Assembly: GCF_013315695.1 (NCBI RefSeq)
Contig: NZ_CP054353.1
Source: Escherichia coli
GTDB taxonomy: Bacteria; Pseudomonadota; Gammaproteobacteria; Enterobacterales; Enterobacteriaceae
Strand: one strand, 5' to 3'
Length of the DNA stretch: 64,000 bases
Positions 44,653 to 56,527 of the stretch are shown here, piece by piece. Below the pieces are notes generated by a model. That model did not search any database. It was not told the origin of the DNA and saw nothing but the letters and a program-made list of their open reading frames with translations. Numbering within the stretch: the stretch's first letter is position 1; every line of letters starts with the position of its first letter. The translations under genes and the position numbers were made by a program.

Positions 44653-45384
44653 ATGAGCACTGCAATTACACGCCAGATCGTTCTCGATACCGAAACTACC
44701 GGTATGAACCAGATTGGTGCGCACTATGAAGGCCACAAGATCATTGAGATTGGTGCCGTTGAAGTGGTGAACCGTCGCCTGACGGGCAATAACTTCCATG
44801 TTTATCTCAAACCCGATCGGCTGGTGGATCCGGAAGCCTTTGGCGTACATGGTATTGCCGATGAATTTTTGCTCGATAAGCCCACGTTTGCAGAGGTAGC
44901 CGATGAGTTCATGGACTATATCCGCGGCGCGGAGCTGGTGATCCATAACGCAGCGTTCGATATCGGCTTTATGGACTACGAGTTTTCGTTGCTTAAGCGC
45001 GATATTCCGAAGACCAATACCTTCTGTAAGGTCACCGATAGCCTTGCGGTGGCGAGGAAAATGTTTCCCGGTAAGCGCAACAGCCTCGATGCGTTATGTG
45101 CCCGCTACGAAATAGATAACAGTAAACGAACGTTGCACGGGGCATTACTCGATGCCCAGATCCTTGCGGAAGTTTATCTGGCGATGACTGGTGGTCAAAC
45201 GTCGATGGCTTTTGCGATGGAAGGAGAGACACAACAGCAACAAGGTGAAACAACAATTCAGCGCATTGTGCGTCAGGCAAGTAAGTTACGCGTTGTTTTT
45301 GCGACAGATGAAGAGCTTGCGGCACATGAAGCCCGTCTCGATCTGGTGCAGAAGAAAGGCGGAAGCTGCCTCTGGCGGGCATAA
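44653..45384 (+). CDS. dnaQ: DNA polymerase III epsilon subunit (3-prime to 5-prime proofreading exonuclease)
   Basis: 243 aa from [17 protein letters not shown]; divergent from rnhA. Confidence 0.95.
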
Positions 45385-45516
45385 ATACCTGTAAAAGGCG
45401 CTAAAAATAGCGACTTGGGCGATTTTTGCAGCAAACGATTCAAAAGATGAGAAAAACCGTTGACGAAGGGTGAGGCAATCCGTAATATTCGCCTCGTTCC
45501 CAACGGAACACAACGC

Positions 45517-45593
45517 GGAGCGGTAGTTCAGTCGGTTAGAATACCTGCCTGTCACGCAGGGGGTCGCGGGTTCGAGTCCCGTCCGTTCCGCCA
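45517..45593 (+). tRNA. aspV: tRNA-Asp (anticodon GTC)
   Basis: ggagcggtagttcagtcggttagaatacctgcctgtcacgcagggggtcgcgggttcgagtcccgtccgttccgcca. Confidence 0.97.
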
Positions 45594-45600
45594 ATATTCA

Positions 45601-45640
45601 GAAAGCCCGAATCATTACTGATTCGGGCTTTCGTCGTTTA
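45601..45640 (+). terminator. Hairpin downstream of aspV, probable terminator
   Basis: gaaagcccgaatca / tgattcgggctttc stem with ttac loop; weak T-run. Confidence 0.6.
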
Positions 45641-45691
45641 AGTTCCAGAGAAAAATAGCCACGAAACTTATCTCGTAGCCATATTCACCCT

Positions 45692-46471
45692 CTAACGAAA
45701 TGTGAATTCATCCGCATCCCGCCATGCCGGAAACTTTTCTCTATACTCCCGCAACGCCACCATCGACAGCTCCGCATCAATGCGCGTTGCCTGATGCGCG
45801 TCGGCAGTAGCGATAATCTCGCCCTGTGGATTAATCACCCTGCTGTCACCACGATAATGGCAGCCGTTGCCATCGCTGCCGACGCGATTGCATCCCGCCA
45901 CATACGCCTGATTCTCAATCGCGCGGGCTGTCAGCAATGCCTGCCAGTGCAGAGAGCGCGGAGCAGGCCAGTTGGCGACGTACAGGGCGAGGTCATAATC
46001 GTTGAGATTGCGCGACCACACCGGAAAACGTAAGTCGTAGCACACCAGCGGCAAAATACGCCAGCCGCGCCATTCCACAATTACTCGCGCATTGCCCGCT
46101 TTATAATGCAGATGCTCATCTGCCATTCGGAACAGATGACGCTTATCATAAAAATGTACCGTGCCGCCCGGCTCAACCAGCAAAAAGCGGTTAACCGAAC
46201 CAGACTCCGTTTGTAATGCAACACTGCCTGCAATCAGCGCATTGCACCGCTGCGCTTTGGCTGTCATCCAGTTCACTACGTCATTTTGTGCTAGCGACGA
46301 AGCTGCCGCTTCCATGGCAAAGCCGCTGGTAAACATCTCCGGCAGAACGATCACATCGCGCCCGGTAATACCTTCCAGTTGACGATCAAAATGGCGCAGG
46401 TTGGCAGGGCCATCCATCCACACCAGTGGTTGCTGCAAAAGCGTAATCTTCAAACCAGGCACGGTGTACAA
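45692..46471 (-). CDS. yafV: Carbon-nitrogen hydrolase (omega-amidase) family protein
   Basis: 259-aa ORF, nitrilase-superfamily fold; synteny with ivy-fadE. Confidence 0.88.
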   Translation of the reverse strand: MYTVPGLKITLLQQPLVWMDGPANLRHFDRQLEGITGRDVIVLPEMFTSGFAMEAAASSLAQNDVVNWMTAKAQRCNALIAGSVALQTESGSVNRFLLVEPGGTVHFYDKRHLFRMADEHLHYKAGNARVIVEWRGWRILPLVCYDLRFPVWSRNLNDYDLALYVANWPAPRSLHWQALLTARAIENQAYVAGCNRVGSDGNGCHYRGDSRVINPQGEIIATADAHQATRIDAELSMVALREYREKFPAWRDADEFTFR

Positions 46472-46615
46472 CTCCTTTATGCGAAGGGTTTTATAACTCT
46501 AACACCTTATCAGGCAGTTGCCTTAGCGCAGAATAAATTGATAACAAATGCTGATATTGGAAATATCTGATTTGCAAATTATCGTGTTATCGCCAGGCTT
46601 TAGGAGGTTAATAAC

Positions 46616-47089
46616 ATGGGCAGGATAAGCTCGGGAGGAATGATGTTTAAGGCAATAACGACAGTCGCCGCTCTGGTCATCGCCACCAGTGCAATGGCGC
46701 AGGATGATTTAACCATTAGCAGCCTGGCAAAGGGCGAAACCACCAAAGCTGCATTTAATCAGATGGTACAAGGGCATAAGCTGCCAGCCTGGGTGATGAA
46801 AGGCGGTACTTATACCCCCGCACAAACCGTGACATTGGGAGATGAGACGTATCAGGTGATGAGCGCGTGCAAACCGCATGACTGTGGCTCGCAACGTATC
46901 GCTGTGATGTGGTCCGAGAAATCTAATCAGATGACGGGGCTGTTCTCGACCATTGATGAGAAAACGTCGCAAGAGAAACTCACCTGGCTGAATGTGAACG
47001 ATGCGCTTTCGATTGATGGTAAAACGGTGCTGTTCGCGGCGTTGACCGGCAGCCTGGAAAACCATCCGGATGGCTTTAATTTTAAATAA
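46616..47089 (+). CDS. ivy: Inhibitor of vertebrate lysozyme
   Basis: 157-aa periplasmic ORF containing CKPHDCG. Confidence 0.92.
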   Translation: MGRISSGGMMFKAITTVAALVIATSAMAQDDLTISSLAKGETTKAAFNQMVQGHKLPAWVMKGGTYTPAQTVTLGDETYQVMSACKPHDCGSQRIAVMWSEKSNQMTGLFSTIDEKTSQEKLTWLNVNDALSIDGKTVLFAALTGSLENHPDGFNFK

Positions 47090-47105
47090 TTAGCCGATAA
47101 AGAAA

Positions 47106-47127
47106 CGGAGCCTTTCGGCTCCGTTAT
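47106..47127. terminator. Bidirectional terminator between the convergent ivy and fadE
   Basis: cggagcc / ggctccg stem with tttc loop. Confidence 0.65.
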
Positions 47128-47131
47128 TCAA

Positions 47132-49576
47132 TTACGCGGCTTCAACTTTTCGCACTTTCTCCGGCAACTTTACCGGCTTCGTCGCAAGCTCTTCCGGATC
47201 AAAGTCATCAACATTAATACTGCGCAGACGGCTTTCTTCAGCTTTCACAAGAATAGCTGCTTCATCTTTATCAATCAGCCCCTTCGCCAGCGCGTTGTGC
47301 GCCAGTTCATCCAGACGGGTAAACGGCAGGTTTTTACCCAACTCTTTACAGATCCGCTGATGAATCGGGTCGGCGGCAATCACATCCACCAGCGCCTCTT
47401 CCAGTAAACCAACCGGGTTATGCTTGCTCGGCGTCAGGTACTGACCGCGGCCAATACGTGAGCGGGTGGCGTTTGGCACTTGTAAAATCTTCGCCACTTT
47501 ATGATCCAGCTTGTCAGACGGTGCCAGATAATGACGTCCGGTCGGGAAGATCACCACATTCAGCAGCCCGGCAACCACGCGGTTCGGGAAGTTTTGCAGT
47601 AAATCATCCATCGCCTGTTCTGCCTGATACAGCGCATCCTGTACGCCCCAGTGCACCAGCGGCAGGTCGGCTTCATTACGGCCTTCGTCGTCATAACGCT
47701 TCAGAACGGCAGAGGCGAGGTAAAGCTGGCTTAAAATATCCCCCAGACGTGCCGAGATACGCTCGCGACGTTTCAGGCTGCCGCCCAGGACCGCCATCGA
47801 GACATCAGAAAGCAGGGCGAGGTTGGCGCTCAGGCGGTTCAGATGCTGATAATAACGTTTAGTGGCATCGCCAGTTGGTGTGCTGCTGGTTAAACCGCGC
47901 GTCAGGCCCAGCCAGAAGCTGCGAACTTTGTTGCTACCGACGTGACCGATATGTTTGAACAGCAGTTTATCGAACGCGTTGACGTCATTGTTCTTCGCCG
48001 CTTCCATCTCTTCCAGCACGTACGGATGGCAACGAATCGCTCCTTGTCCGAAGATCATCATGCTGCGGGTCAGAATGTTGGCCCCTTCAACGGTGATGGC
48101 AATCGGTGCGCCCTGGTAAGCTCGTGCCAGGAAGTTGCTCTGCCCGAGCATAATGCCTTTACCACCAGTGATATCCATCGCATCAATAATCGACTGCTGC
48201 CCACGGTGGGTACAATGATACTTAACGATAGCCGACAGCACGGCAGGTTTTTCACCGATCATAATGCCGTAGGTAATCAGCGATGCCGCAGCATCCATTA
48301 CATAAGCGTTTCCGGCAATACGCGCCAGCGGCTCTTCAATCCCTTCCATCTTACCAATAGAGATTTTGAACTGACGGCGGATGTGCGCATACGCACCCGT
48401 TGCCAGCGCTACCGATTTCACGCCGCCGGTTGAGTTGGAAGGCAGGGTGATACCGCGGCCTACCGAGAGGCACTCCACTAGCATCCGCCAGCCTTGCCCG
48501 GCCATTTTTGGTCCGCCGATAATGTAATCGATCGGTACGAAGACATCTTTACCGCGCGTCGGTCCGTTCTGGAACGGCACGTTCAGCGGGAAGTGGCGAC
48601 GACCAATTTCCACGCCCGGCGTGGTGGTCGGGATCAGCGCACAGGTAATACCTAAATCTTCTGCGCCACCCAGCAGTTTTTCCGGGTCGGAGAGTTTAAA
48701 CGCCAGACCAAGCACGGTCGCAATCGGTGCGAGCGTAATGTAACGTTTGTTCCAGGTCAGACGCATCCCCAGCACCTGCTGGCCCTGCCATTCCCCCATG
48801 CAGACAATCCCGGTATCCGGGATAGCGCCTGCATCGGAACCCGCTTCCGGGCTGGTCAGTGCAAAGCAAGGGATTTCCTGACCACGCGCCAGACGCGGCA
48901 GATAGTGATCTTTCTGCTCGTCAGTGCCGTAATGTTGCAGTAGCTCACCCGGGCCTAATGAGTTTGGCACGCCGACGGTAATCGCCAGGATCCCGCTCAC
49001 GCCGGAGAGTTTTTGCAGCACGCGAGACTGGGCATAAGCCGAGAACTCCAGCCCGCCGTACTCTTTTTTGATGATCATCGCGAAGAAGCGATGCTCTTTA
49101 AGATACGCCCACAGCTCCGGCGGCAAATCCGCCAGCTCATGGGTAATCTGGAAATCATTCGCCATCCGGCAGGCTTCTTCTACCGGACCGTCGAGAAACG
49201 CTTGCTCTTCAGCGGTCAGGCGCGGCTGCGGATAGTTATGCAGCTTTTTCCAGTCCGGCTTGCCCTGGAACAAATCGCCTTCCCACCAGGTGGTGCCCGC
49301 ATCAATCGCTTCTTTCTCAGTGCGCGACATCGGCGGCATCACCTTACGGAAACCGCGAAATACCGGCGCGGAAATCATCGACTTACGCATAGGCGCAAAG
49401 TTAAATGGCACGAGGATAATGGCCAGAGGCACCAGTACCCACGCCGACCACAGACCAGCAACGCCGAGTGCGGCTGTCCAGGCGAGCAAAATCAGACTGC
49501 TGATAAATAAGCTCACGCGGTGATAGAACAACGCGCCGAGCAGGACAACCGTAGCGAGAATACTCAAAATCATCAT
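47132..49576 (-). CDS. fadE: Acyl-CoA dehydrogenase
   Basis: 814 aa from [14 protein letters not shown]; the supplied ORF carries a 26-codon upstream extension. Confidence 0.95.
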   Translation of the reverse strand: MMILSILATVVLLGALFYHRVSLFISSLILLAWTAALGVAGLWSAWVLVPLAIILVPFNFAPMRKSMISAPVFRGFRKVMPPMSRTEKEAIDAGTTWWEGDLFQGKPDWKKLHNYPQPRLTAEEQAFLDGPVEEACRMANDFQITHELADLPPELWAYLKEHRFFAMIIKKEYGGLEFSAYAQSRVLQKLSGVSGILAITVGVPNSLGPGELLQHYGTDEQKDHYLPRLARGQEIPCFALTSPEAGSDAGAIPDTGIVCMGEWQGQQVLGMRLTWNKRYITLAPIATVLGLAFKLSDPEKLLGGAEDLGITCALIPTTTPGVEIGRRHFPLNVPFQNGPTRGKDVFVPIDYIIGGPKMAGQGWRMLVECLSVGRGITLPSNSTGGVKSVALATGAYAHIRRQFKISIGKMEGIEEPLARIAGNAYVMDAAASLITYGIMIGEKPAVLSAIVKYHCTHRGQQSIIDAMDITGGKGIMLGQSNFLARAYQGAPIAITVEGANILTRSMMIFGQGAIRCHPYVLEEMEAAKNNDVNAFDKLLFKHIGHVGSNKVRSFWLGLTRGLTSSTPTGDATKRYYQHLNRLSANLALLSDVSMAVLGGSLKRRERISARLGDILSQLYLASAVLKRYDDEGRNEADLPLVHWGVQDALYQAEQAMDDLLQNFPNRVVAGLLNVVIFPTGRHYLAPSDKLDHKVAKILQVPNATRSRIGRGQYLTPSKHNPVGLLEEALVDVIAADPIHQRICKELGKNLPFTRLDELAHNALAKGLIDKDEAAILVKAEESRLRSINVDDFDPEELATKPVKLPEKVRKVEAA

Positions 49577-49815
49577 AACGAAAAGCCCCTTACTTGTAGG
49601 AGGTCTGACCACTTGTGATGATATGGTTGTAGTGGATGTAAAAACATTTAGCAATACGTTTACAATATAATTACAACAAAGCTCACATTGTTGCTGTTTT
49701 TATCCGCACTTCAGGTCAAAAAGTCCTGGTCATAGCACCTGCCCGTACTTCTCGCTTTTGGCGGTATCCGGTACACTGCATTTTGTCTATTACATTTATG
49801 CTGAAGGATATCCTC

Positions 49816-50394
49816 ATGTACCAGGATCTTATTCGTAACGAACTGAACGAAGCGGCGGAAACGCTGGCTAATTTTTTAAAAGATGACGCCAATATTCACG
49901 CCATTCAGCGCGCGGCGGTCCTGTTAGCAGACAGCTTTAAAGGCGGTGGCAAAGTGCTTTCTTGCGGCAACGGCGGCTCCCATTGCGACGCTATGCACTT
50001 TGCCGAAGAGTTGACCGGTCGCTACCGTGAAAACCGTCCGGGCTACCCGGCGATTGCCATTTCTGACGTCAGCCATATTTCCTGCGTCGGTAACGATTTT
50101 GGTTTCAATGATATTTTCTCCCGTTACGTTGAAGCGGTAGGTCGCGAAGGCGATGTACTGCTGGGGATCTCCACCTCCGGTAACTCTGCAAACGTGATCA
50201 AAGCGATCGCGGCGGCGCGTGAGAAGGGGATGAAAGTGATCACCCTGACCGGTAAAGACGGCGGCAAAATGGCTGGCACGGCGGATATCGAAATTCGCGT
50301 ACCGCACTTTGGTTATGCCGACCGCATTCAGGAGATCCACATTAAAGTGATCCATATCCTGATCCAGTTAATTGAAAAAGAGATGGTTAAGTAA
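49816..50394 (+). CDS. gmhA: Sedoheptulose 7-phosphate isomerase
   Basis: 192 aa from [17 protein letters not shown]; SIS domain. Confidence 0.95.
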   Translation: MYQDLIRNELNEAAETLANFLKDDANIHAIQRAAVLLADSFKGGGKVLSCGNGGSHCDAMHFAEELTGRYRENRPGYPAIAISDVSHISCVGNDFGFNDIFSRYVEAVGREGDVLLGISTSGNSANVIKAIAAAREKGMKVITLTGKDGGKMAGTADIEIRVPHFGYADRIQEIHIKVIHILIQLIEKEMVK

Positions 50395-50509
50395 GGTCTT
50401 TTCTCCCTTTCAGGGAGAGGGCCGGGGTGAGGGTAACAGCCTGCACCTTTTTACTTTTTAATCAATCTTCGCCGGGGGCCATGCGCTCCCGCTGTTGTGG
50501 AGGTTACCC

Positions 50510-51277
50510 ATGTGCGAATTGCTCGGGATGAGCGCCAACGTCCCTACCGATATCTGCTTTAGTTTCACCGGACTTGTACAGCGTGGTGGTGGAACCGGGC
50601 CACATAAAGATGGCTGGGGCATTACCTTTTACGAAGGTAAAGGCTGTCGCACATTTAAAGATCCGCAACCCAGCTTTAATTCCCCCATCGCCAAACTTGT
50701 CCAGGACTACCCGATAAAATCCTGTTCGGTTGTGGCTCATATTCGCCAGGCCAATCGGGGCGAGGTGGCGCTGGAAAATACTCACCCGTTTACCCGCGAG
50801 TTATGGGGACGTAACTGGACTTATGCCCATAACGGGCAACTGACGGGGTACAAATCACTGGAAACCGGCAACTTCCGCCCGGTCGGTGAAACCGACAGCG
50901 AAAAAGCCTTCTGCTGGCTCCTGCATAAATTAACGCAGCGTTACCCGCGCACACCGGGCAATATGGCGGCAGTGTTTAAATATATCGCCTCACTGGCGGA
51001 TGAACTGCGGCAGAAGGGCGTTTTCAACATGCTGCTTTCTGACGGACGCTATGTAATGGCGTATTGCTCGACTAATTTACACTGGATCACCCGCCGCGCG
51101 CCGTTTGGCGTGGCAACGTTGCTGGATCAGGATGTGGAAATCGACTTCAGCTCGCAGACCACACCGAATGATGTGGTCACGGTGATTGCAACACAGCCGC
51201 TGACGGGCAATGAAACCTGGCAAAAGATTATGCCAGGCGAATGGCGCTTATTTTGCCTCGGGGAGCGTGTAGTTTGA
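50510..51277 (+). CDS. yafJ: Class II glutamine amidotransferase-like protein
   Basis: 255 aa beginning MCELLG (N-terminal nucleophile Cys2). Confidence 0.88.
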   Translation: MCELLGMSANVPTDICFSFTGLVQRGGGTGPHKDGWGITFYEGKGCRTFKDPQPSFNSPIAKLVQDYPIKSCSVVAHIRQANRGEVALENTHPFTRELWGRNWTYAHNGQLTGYKSLETGNFRPVGETDSEKAFCWLLHKLTQRYPRTPGNMAAVFKYIASLADELRQKGVFNMLLSDGRYVMAYCSTNLHWITRRAPFGVATLLDQDVEIDFSSQTTPNDVVTVIATQPLTGNETWQKIMPGEWRLFCLGERVV

Positions 51278-51988
51278 TGCCAGCTGTGGCTGCACAACTT
51301 CGTGGCTTAACGGCTTGCTGACCACGTAACGGCCATTGACCACAGAAACGGTCGGTGGCTTACGGGTTTGCTCAAAGTAGTCGTAACCTGGCTTCAGCTG
51401 CTCCCAGAAGTCCTTAAAGTTGGAATATTTATGGCGCTTCATATTGGCGTCGGTCATGCGGAACGGGTAAATACTCACTTGCACGCTCGGCTGACCAAAA
51501 ACCAGCGCACCAGTAACGAACTGGAAGATCTCATCAATACCCTGATTGGTCATCGCGTAGCAGCCGATGGAAACACAATCGCCGTGGATCATCAGATATT
51601 TCCCTTCATAACCATGCGCACGGTCATAGGCATTGGGGAATCCAATATTAATCGCTTTGTAGTAACGGCTGTCTGGTTTTAACTGATTACGCTGGACGCT
51701 ATAAAACCCTTCCGGGCTTTTGAAATCGCCCTGACGCTGTTTTGGCCCTAAGCCGCCGGAATATTTACAGATTTTATAGCTGTCGAGCAGTTGATATTGC
51801 TCGCCCATTTTGACGTAGAGATCGAGCGTACGTTCTTCCTTGAAGATCTGGATGTAGACAGGGGATCCCATCAACTGCTGCTTATACTCTTTGCTCACTG
51901 GCGTGGTCGAGCTACTGCTGCCCAGCAAACCGGCAAACGAAACGCACGGGATCAACAACATCGCAAGAATTAATGCGATTTTACGCAT
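51248..51988 (-). CDS. yafK: L,D-transpeptidase-fold periplasmic protein
   Basis: 246-aa ORF with signal peptide; convergent with and overlapping yafJ. Confidence 0.88.
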   Translation of the reverse strand: MRKIALILAMLLIPCVSFAGLLGSSSSTTPVSKEYKQQLMGSPVYIQIFKEERTLDLYVKMGEQYQLLDSYKICKYSGGLGPKQRQGDFKSPEGFYSVQRNQLKPDSRYYKAINIGFPNAYDRAHGYEGKYLMIHGDCVSIGCYAMTNQGIDEIFQFVTGALVFGQPSVQVSIYPFRMTDANMKRHKYSNFKDFWEQLKPGYDYFEQTRKPPTVSVVNGRYVVSKPLSHEVVQPQLASNYTLPEAK

Positions 51989-52143
51989 ACTGCTTATTCC
52001 TTGATAAAACGGTTACACACGCCAGGACGGCAAAATGGATCCCAAATCGGAATAGTCTGGATTGGGAAGGCTCACATTATCACCAAAAGAGTTTTACGCA
52101 AGCCTGTCGGCGCAGGGTTTACAAATTTCATCGGCAGCGGGCT

Positions 52144-52422
52144 TTACCCAAAGAGCGCCGCGTGAGTTCCAGTTCTCTCAAATCGTAAAAGTTTATCGGT
52201 AAGTTTGTAAATCAGGATCCAGTCCGGTTCGACATGAGCATCGCGATAACCTTTCCATGAACCTTGCAGCGGGTGGTCTTTATAAACAGCTGGAAGCAGT
52301 AAAGTATTATTGATAAGAAGCGTCATAAGATATTTCAATTTATTCATATCCTTATGACGCTTTTGTGCAAGTTTTACATCCTTTGAAAATTGTCCCGAGT
52401 ATTCAATATCCCTTTGAATCAT
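52144..52422 (-). CDS. yafQ: Type II toxin YafQ (RelE/ParE-fold mRNA interferase)
   Basis: 92-aa ORF immediately downstream of dinJ. Confidence 0.92.
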   Translation of the reverse strand: MIQRDIEYSGQFSKDVKLAQKRHKDMNKLKYLMTLLINNTLLLPAVYKDHPLQGSWKGYRDAHVEPDWILIYKLTDKLLRFERTGTHAALFG

Positions 52423-52424
52423 AT

Positions 52425-52685
52425 TTAAATTCCTAATTTATCAAATAAATCATCGGCGTCTTTGGCCTTATGAACACCAACGCCAGCTTCGCTGTTTTTG
52501 ATTGATTGAATAGTTAATTGATTAGGCTCGCGTAAATCAAACGGCAATGCCTTTTCACGCGCGACCTTTGTGAGGGTTATGCGAACCAGGTCAGAGATGG
52601 TCAGCCCCATCCCGGCCAGTACGTCCGCCGCCTGATTCTTCAGATCTTCATCGATTCGGGCGCGAACAAACGCGTTAGCAGCCAT
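52425..52685 (-). CDS. dinJ: Type II antitoxin DinJ
   Basis: 86-aa ORF (MAANAFVRARIDEDLKNQA...), 2 bp upstream of yafQ. Confidence 0.92.
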   Translation of the reverse strand: MAANAFVRARIDEDLKNQAADVLAGMGLTISDLVRITLTKVAREKALPFDLREPNQLTIQSIKNSEAGVGVHKAKDADDLFDKLGI

Positions 52686-52701
52686 TGGGGTATCTCCTGT
52701 G

Positions 52702-52717
52702 CTGTATATTTATTCAG
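52702..52717. promoter_or_regulatory. LexA box (SOS box) upstream of dinJ
   Basis: ctgtatatttattcag is a CTGT-N8-tCAG palindrome matching the LexA consensus, 17 bp upstream of the dinJ start. Confidence 0.75.
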
Positions 52718-52894
52718 CTTGAATTGTAGCTCAAATGAGCAACAGCGACAATCTATGAGTAATTTAATAAACGGATGTTTTTACATAATTAACTGAAATA
52801 TATTTATTAATTTTATAATAATGGTTTATTAAGTTTGTTCAGGTACGGGCCGGGATACACTGCAACATCAATGCATGACCAGCCATTATTGAGT

Positions 52895-53726
<832 letters not shown>

Positions 53727-53820
53727 ATCTGTGCATTTTTTGCGAGCCGCTTTCCCGTTTTTCCATCACCTCATTGCTGACCTTTCCTTTTCTTCTTACC
53801 GTTGAGAAAAAGGAGTCGCT

Positions 53821-54318
53821 ATGTCTGAATATCGTCGTTATTACATCAAGGGGGGAACATGGTTTTTCACGATAAATTTGCGGAATCGTCGAAGCCAACT
53901 TTTGACCACCCAGTACCAGACGCTCCGTAACGCCATTGTTAAAGTTAAGCGAGCCAGACCTTTTGAAATTAACGCCTGGGTAGTCTTGCCAGAGCATATG
54001 CACTGTATCTGGACATTACCTGAAAGCGATGATGATTTTTCCTCTCGCTGGCGTGAGATTAAAAAACAGTTCACTCAAACTTGCGAAATGAAAAATATCT
54101 GGCAACCGCGTTTTTGGGAGCACGCCATCCGCAATACCAAAGATTATCGCCATCATGTTGATTATATTTATATAAATCCAGTAAAACATGGCTGGGTAAA
54201 GCAAGTGAGTGATTGGCCATTCTCAACGTTCCATCGCGATGTCGCGAAAGGGTTATATCCCATCGATTGGGCGGGGGACGTAACGGATTTAAATGCTGGC
54301 GAGCGTATTATTTTATAA
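53821..54318 (+). CDS. rayT: REP-associated tyrosine transposase
   Basis: 165-aa ORF (IS200/IS605 TnpA-like) flanked on both sides by REP sequences. Confidence 0.9.
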   Translation: MSEYRRYYIKGGTWFFTINLRNRRSQLLTTQYQTLRNAIVKVKRARPFEINAWVVLPEHMHCIWTLPESDDDFSSRWREIKKQFTQTCEMKNIWQPRFWEHAIRNTKDYRHHVDYIYINPVKHGWVKQVSDWPFSTFHRDVAKGLYPIDWAGDVTDLNAGERIIL

Positions 54319-54326
54319 TTGTGCGC

Positions 54327-54436
54327 TGATGCCGGATGCGCTTACGCTTATCCAGCCTACGAATCGTGCCTTAACAGTAGGACGGATAAGGCGTTTACGC
54401 CGCATCCGGCAGTTGTGCACCGGTGCCGGATACCTA
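54327..54436. repeat. REP/BIME palindromic elements
   Basis: tgccggatgcgcttacgcttatccagcctac ... gtaggacggataaggcgtttacgccgcatccggc. Confidence 0.8.
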
Positions 54437-56527
54437 CATCAACGCCCCCATAATCTTCAACTCCAGCTCGTCCGGCACTTCGTTATACGACAGCACATGC
54501 AGCCCCGGTGCAAACAATCTCGCATAGCGCGCCAGCAAAGGGCGCAACTGCGGTGGCACCAGCAGCACAGGGTCTTTCCCCGCCGCTTTCATCTGCTCCT
54601 TCACCTGCGGCATCGTGTTCTGGAACTGGTTAAGCATATTCGGGTCCACCGGCACGCTGTCGAGCATCACTTTGCCGCCCTGTTGCGCCTGATTCACTAC
54701 GTTGGTCAGCAGATTTTCCAGCTCATTATTCAGCGTATACACCGTCAGCTCCTGTTTGCGAACGAACGGATGGGTAATGCTGCGCCGCAGCGCCAGGCGC
54801 ACATCGGCCGCCAGCAGAATATGATCTTTAGTCACCGCACTACTGGCGACCAGCACGGTGGCGATGGTGACGATATCGCGCAGGGAAACGCCTTCGGTCA
54901 GCAGCGTCCGGTACACTTTCAGCAACTGGCTGTAGTTGAGCGCCGCGCTCAAATCTTCCGCCAGGCGCGGTGCCATCGACGACAGGCGGTTATGCAACTG
55001 CGTGATGTCATCATAGTTAAATAATTCAGGAATATAGCTGCGCACAATCTTATTCACATGGGTGGCAATCACGCTGGCGCTGTCGATCACCTGATACCCC
55101 ATATTCAGCGCCTTCGCTTTCTGCGCAGGCTGGATCCAGGTGACCGGCATCCCATATGCCGGGTCATTCCCCAGTACGCCGTCAATCTCGCCGTAGGTTT
55201 CGCTGGAGGGCAACGCCATCAGTTTATCTGCCGGAATATCCGCTTCATCGGCCTTAATGCCGTTGATGAATATGGCGTACTGGCTGGGCTTGAGGCGGAA
55301 GTTTTCCCGAATACGGATCTCCGGCAGCAGCACGCCGTTGCCGTCGGAAATCACCTGCCGCACGCCGCGAATCCGCTGGGTGAGCGGGTTACCTTGGGCT
55401 TTATCGACCAGCGCCACCAGCTTGTAGCCGAGACTTAAGCTGATAGGCTCGATCAGCGGAATGGTTTCCCAACTGACCTGTTGCTCGCTGGTTTCGGTGA
55501 TGGTGCGGGTCAGTGTTTCGAGGCTTTTCTCTTCCGCCTCCGCCGCCTGCGGGCGTTTGCTCATCCGCCAGCCGGTAAAGCCAAGCAGGGCGCTGAACAG
55601 CAAAAATGGCAGATGCGGCATCCCCGGCACCACCGCCAGCACAAACATGATCCCGGTGGCGGTGTAGAGCACCGACGGGCTTGCCAGCAGCTGGTGGCGC
55701 ACGTCATGGGCGATATCGCCGTTGTCGCTGACGCGGGTGACGATAATTGCCGCCGCGGTGGAGAGCAGCAGGGACGGGATCTGCGCCACCAGGCCGTCGC
55801 CGATGGTCATCAGCACATATTGCTGGAAGGCGGCGTCGGCGCTCAGGTTGTATTTGAAGATGCCGATACAGACGCCGCCGATCAGGTTGATCGCCAGAAT
55901 CATCATCCCGGCGATGGCATCGCCGCGCACAAACTTCGATGCCCCGTCCATCGCGCCGTAGAAATCGGCCTCGCTGGCAACATCTTTACGCCGTGTTTGC
56001 GCCTGCGCCTGGTTGATCAATCCGGCGTTAAGATCGGCGTCAATCGCCATCTGCTTGCCGGGCATCGCGTCCAGGGTAAAGCGGGCAGAAACCTCGGAAA
56101 TACGCTCGGCCCCTTTGGTGACGACGATAAAGTTGATGATCATCAGGATGATAAACACCACAAAGCCGACGACAAAGTTGCCGCCAATCACCACCTGACC
56201 AAATGACTCAATCACCTTACCCGCCGCGCCTGCGCCGAGATGCCCGTGCAGCAGCACCACGCGCGTAGAAGCAACGTTAAGCGTCAGGCGCATTAAAGTG
56301 GTGATCAGCAAAATGGTCGGGAACAGGCTGAATTCCAGCGGTCGTTTCGCCGACACCGCCACCAGCAGCACCATCACCGCCAGCACAATGTTGAAGGTGA
56401 ACAGAATATCCAGCAGCGCAGGCGGCAGCGGCAGAATAACCATCGCCAGAATACAAAGTATAACCAGCGGTACGCCGAGATTACCGCCGCGCAGCAGCGC
56501 GAGGAACGATTTAGTTGTTTTCGCCAT
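54434..56527 (-). CDS. lfhA: Flagellar-type export apparatus protein, FlhA homologue (second flagellar system)
   Basis: 697-aa ORF with N-terminal polytopic membrane domain and FlhA-like cytoplasmic domain; intact. Confidence 0.85.
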   Translation of the reverse strand: MAKTTKSFLALLRGGNLGVPLVILCILAMVILPLPPALLDILFTFNIVLAVMVLLVAVSAKRPLEFSLFPTILLITTLMRLTLNVASTRVVLLHGHLGAGAAGKVIESFGQVVIGGNFVVGFVVFIILMIINFIVVTKGAERISEVSARFTLDAMPGKQMAIDADLNAGLINQAQAQTRRKDVASEADFYGAMDGASKFVRGDAIAGMMILAINLIGGVCIGIFKYNLSADAAFQQYVLMTIGDGLVAQIPSLLLSTAAAIIVTRVSDNGDIAHDVRHQLLASPSVLYTATGIMFVLAVVPGMPHLPFLLFSALLGFTGWRMSKRPQAAEAEEKSLETLTRTITETSEQQVSWETIPLIEPISLSLGYKLVALVDKAQGNPLTQRIRGVRQVISDGNGVLLPEIRIRENFRLKPSQYAIFINGIKADEADIPADKLMALPSSETYGEIDGVLGNDPAYGMPVTWIQPAQKAKALNMGYQVIDSASVIATHVNKIVRSYIPELFNYDDITQLHNRLSSMAPRLAEDLSAALNYSQLLKVYRTLLTEGVSLRDIVTIATVLVASSAVTKDHILLAADVRLALRRSITHPFVRKQELTVYTLNNELENLLTNVVNQAQQGGKVMLDSVPVDPNMLNQFQNTMPQVKEQMKAAGKDPVLLVPPQLRPLLARYARLFAPGLHVLSYNEVPDELELKIMGALM

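Noticed and set aside
45517-45700. Prophage or integrase at tRNA-Asp
   Set aside because: No integrase ORF and no duplicated tRNA 3-prime end; the tRNA is followed directly by yafV.
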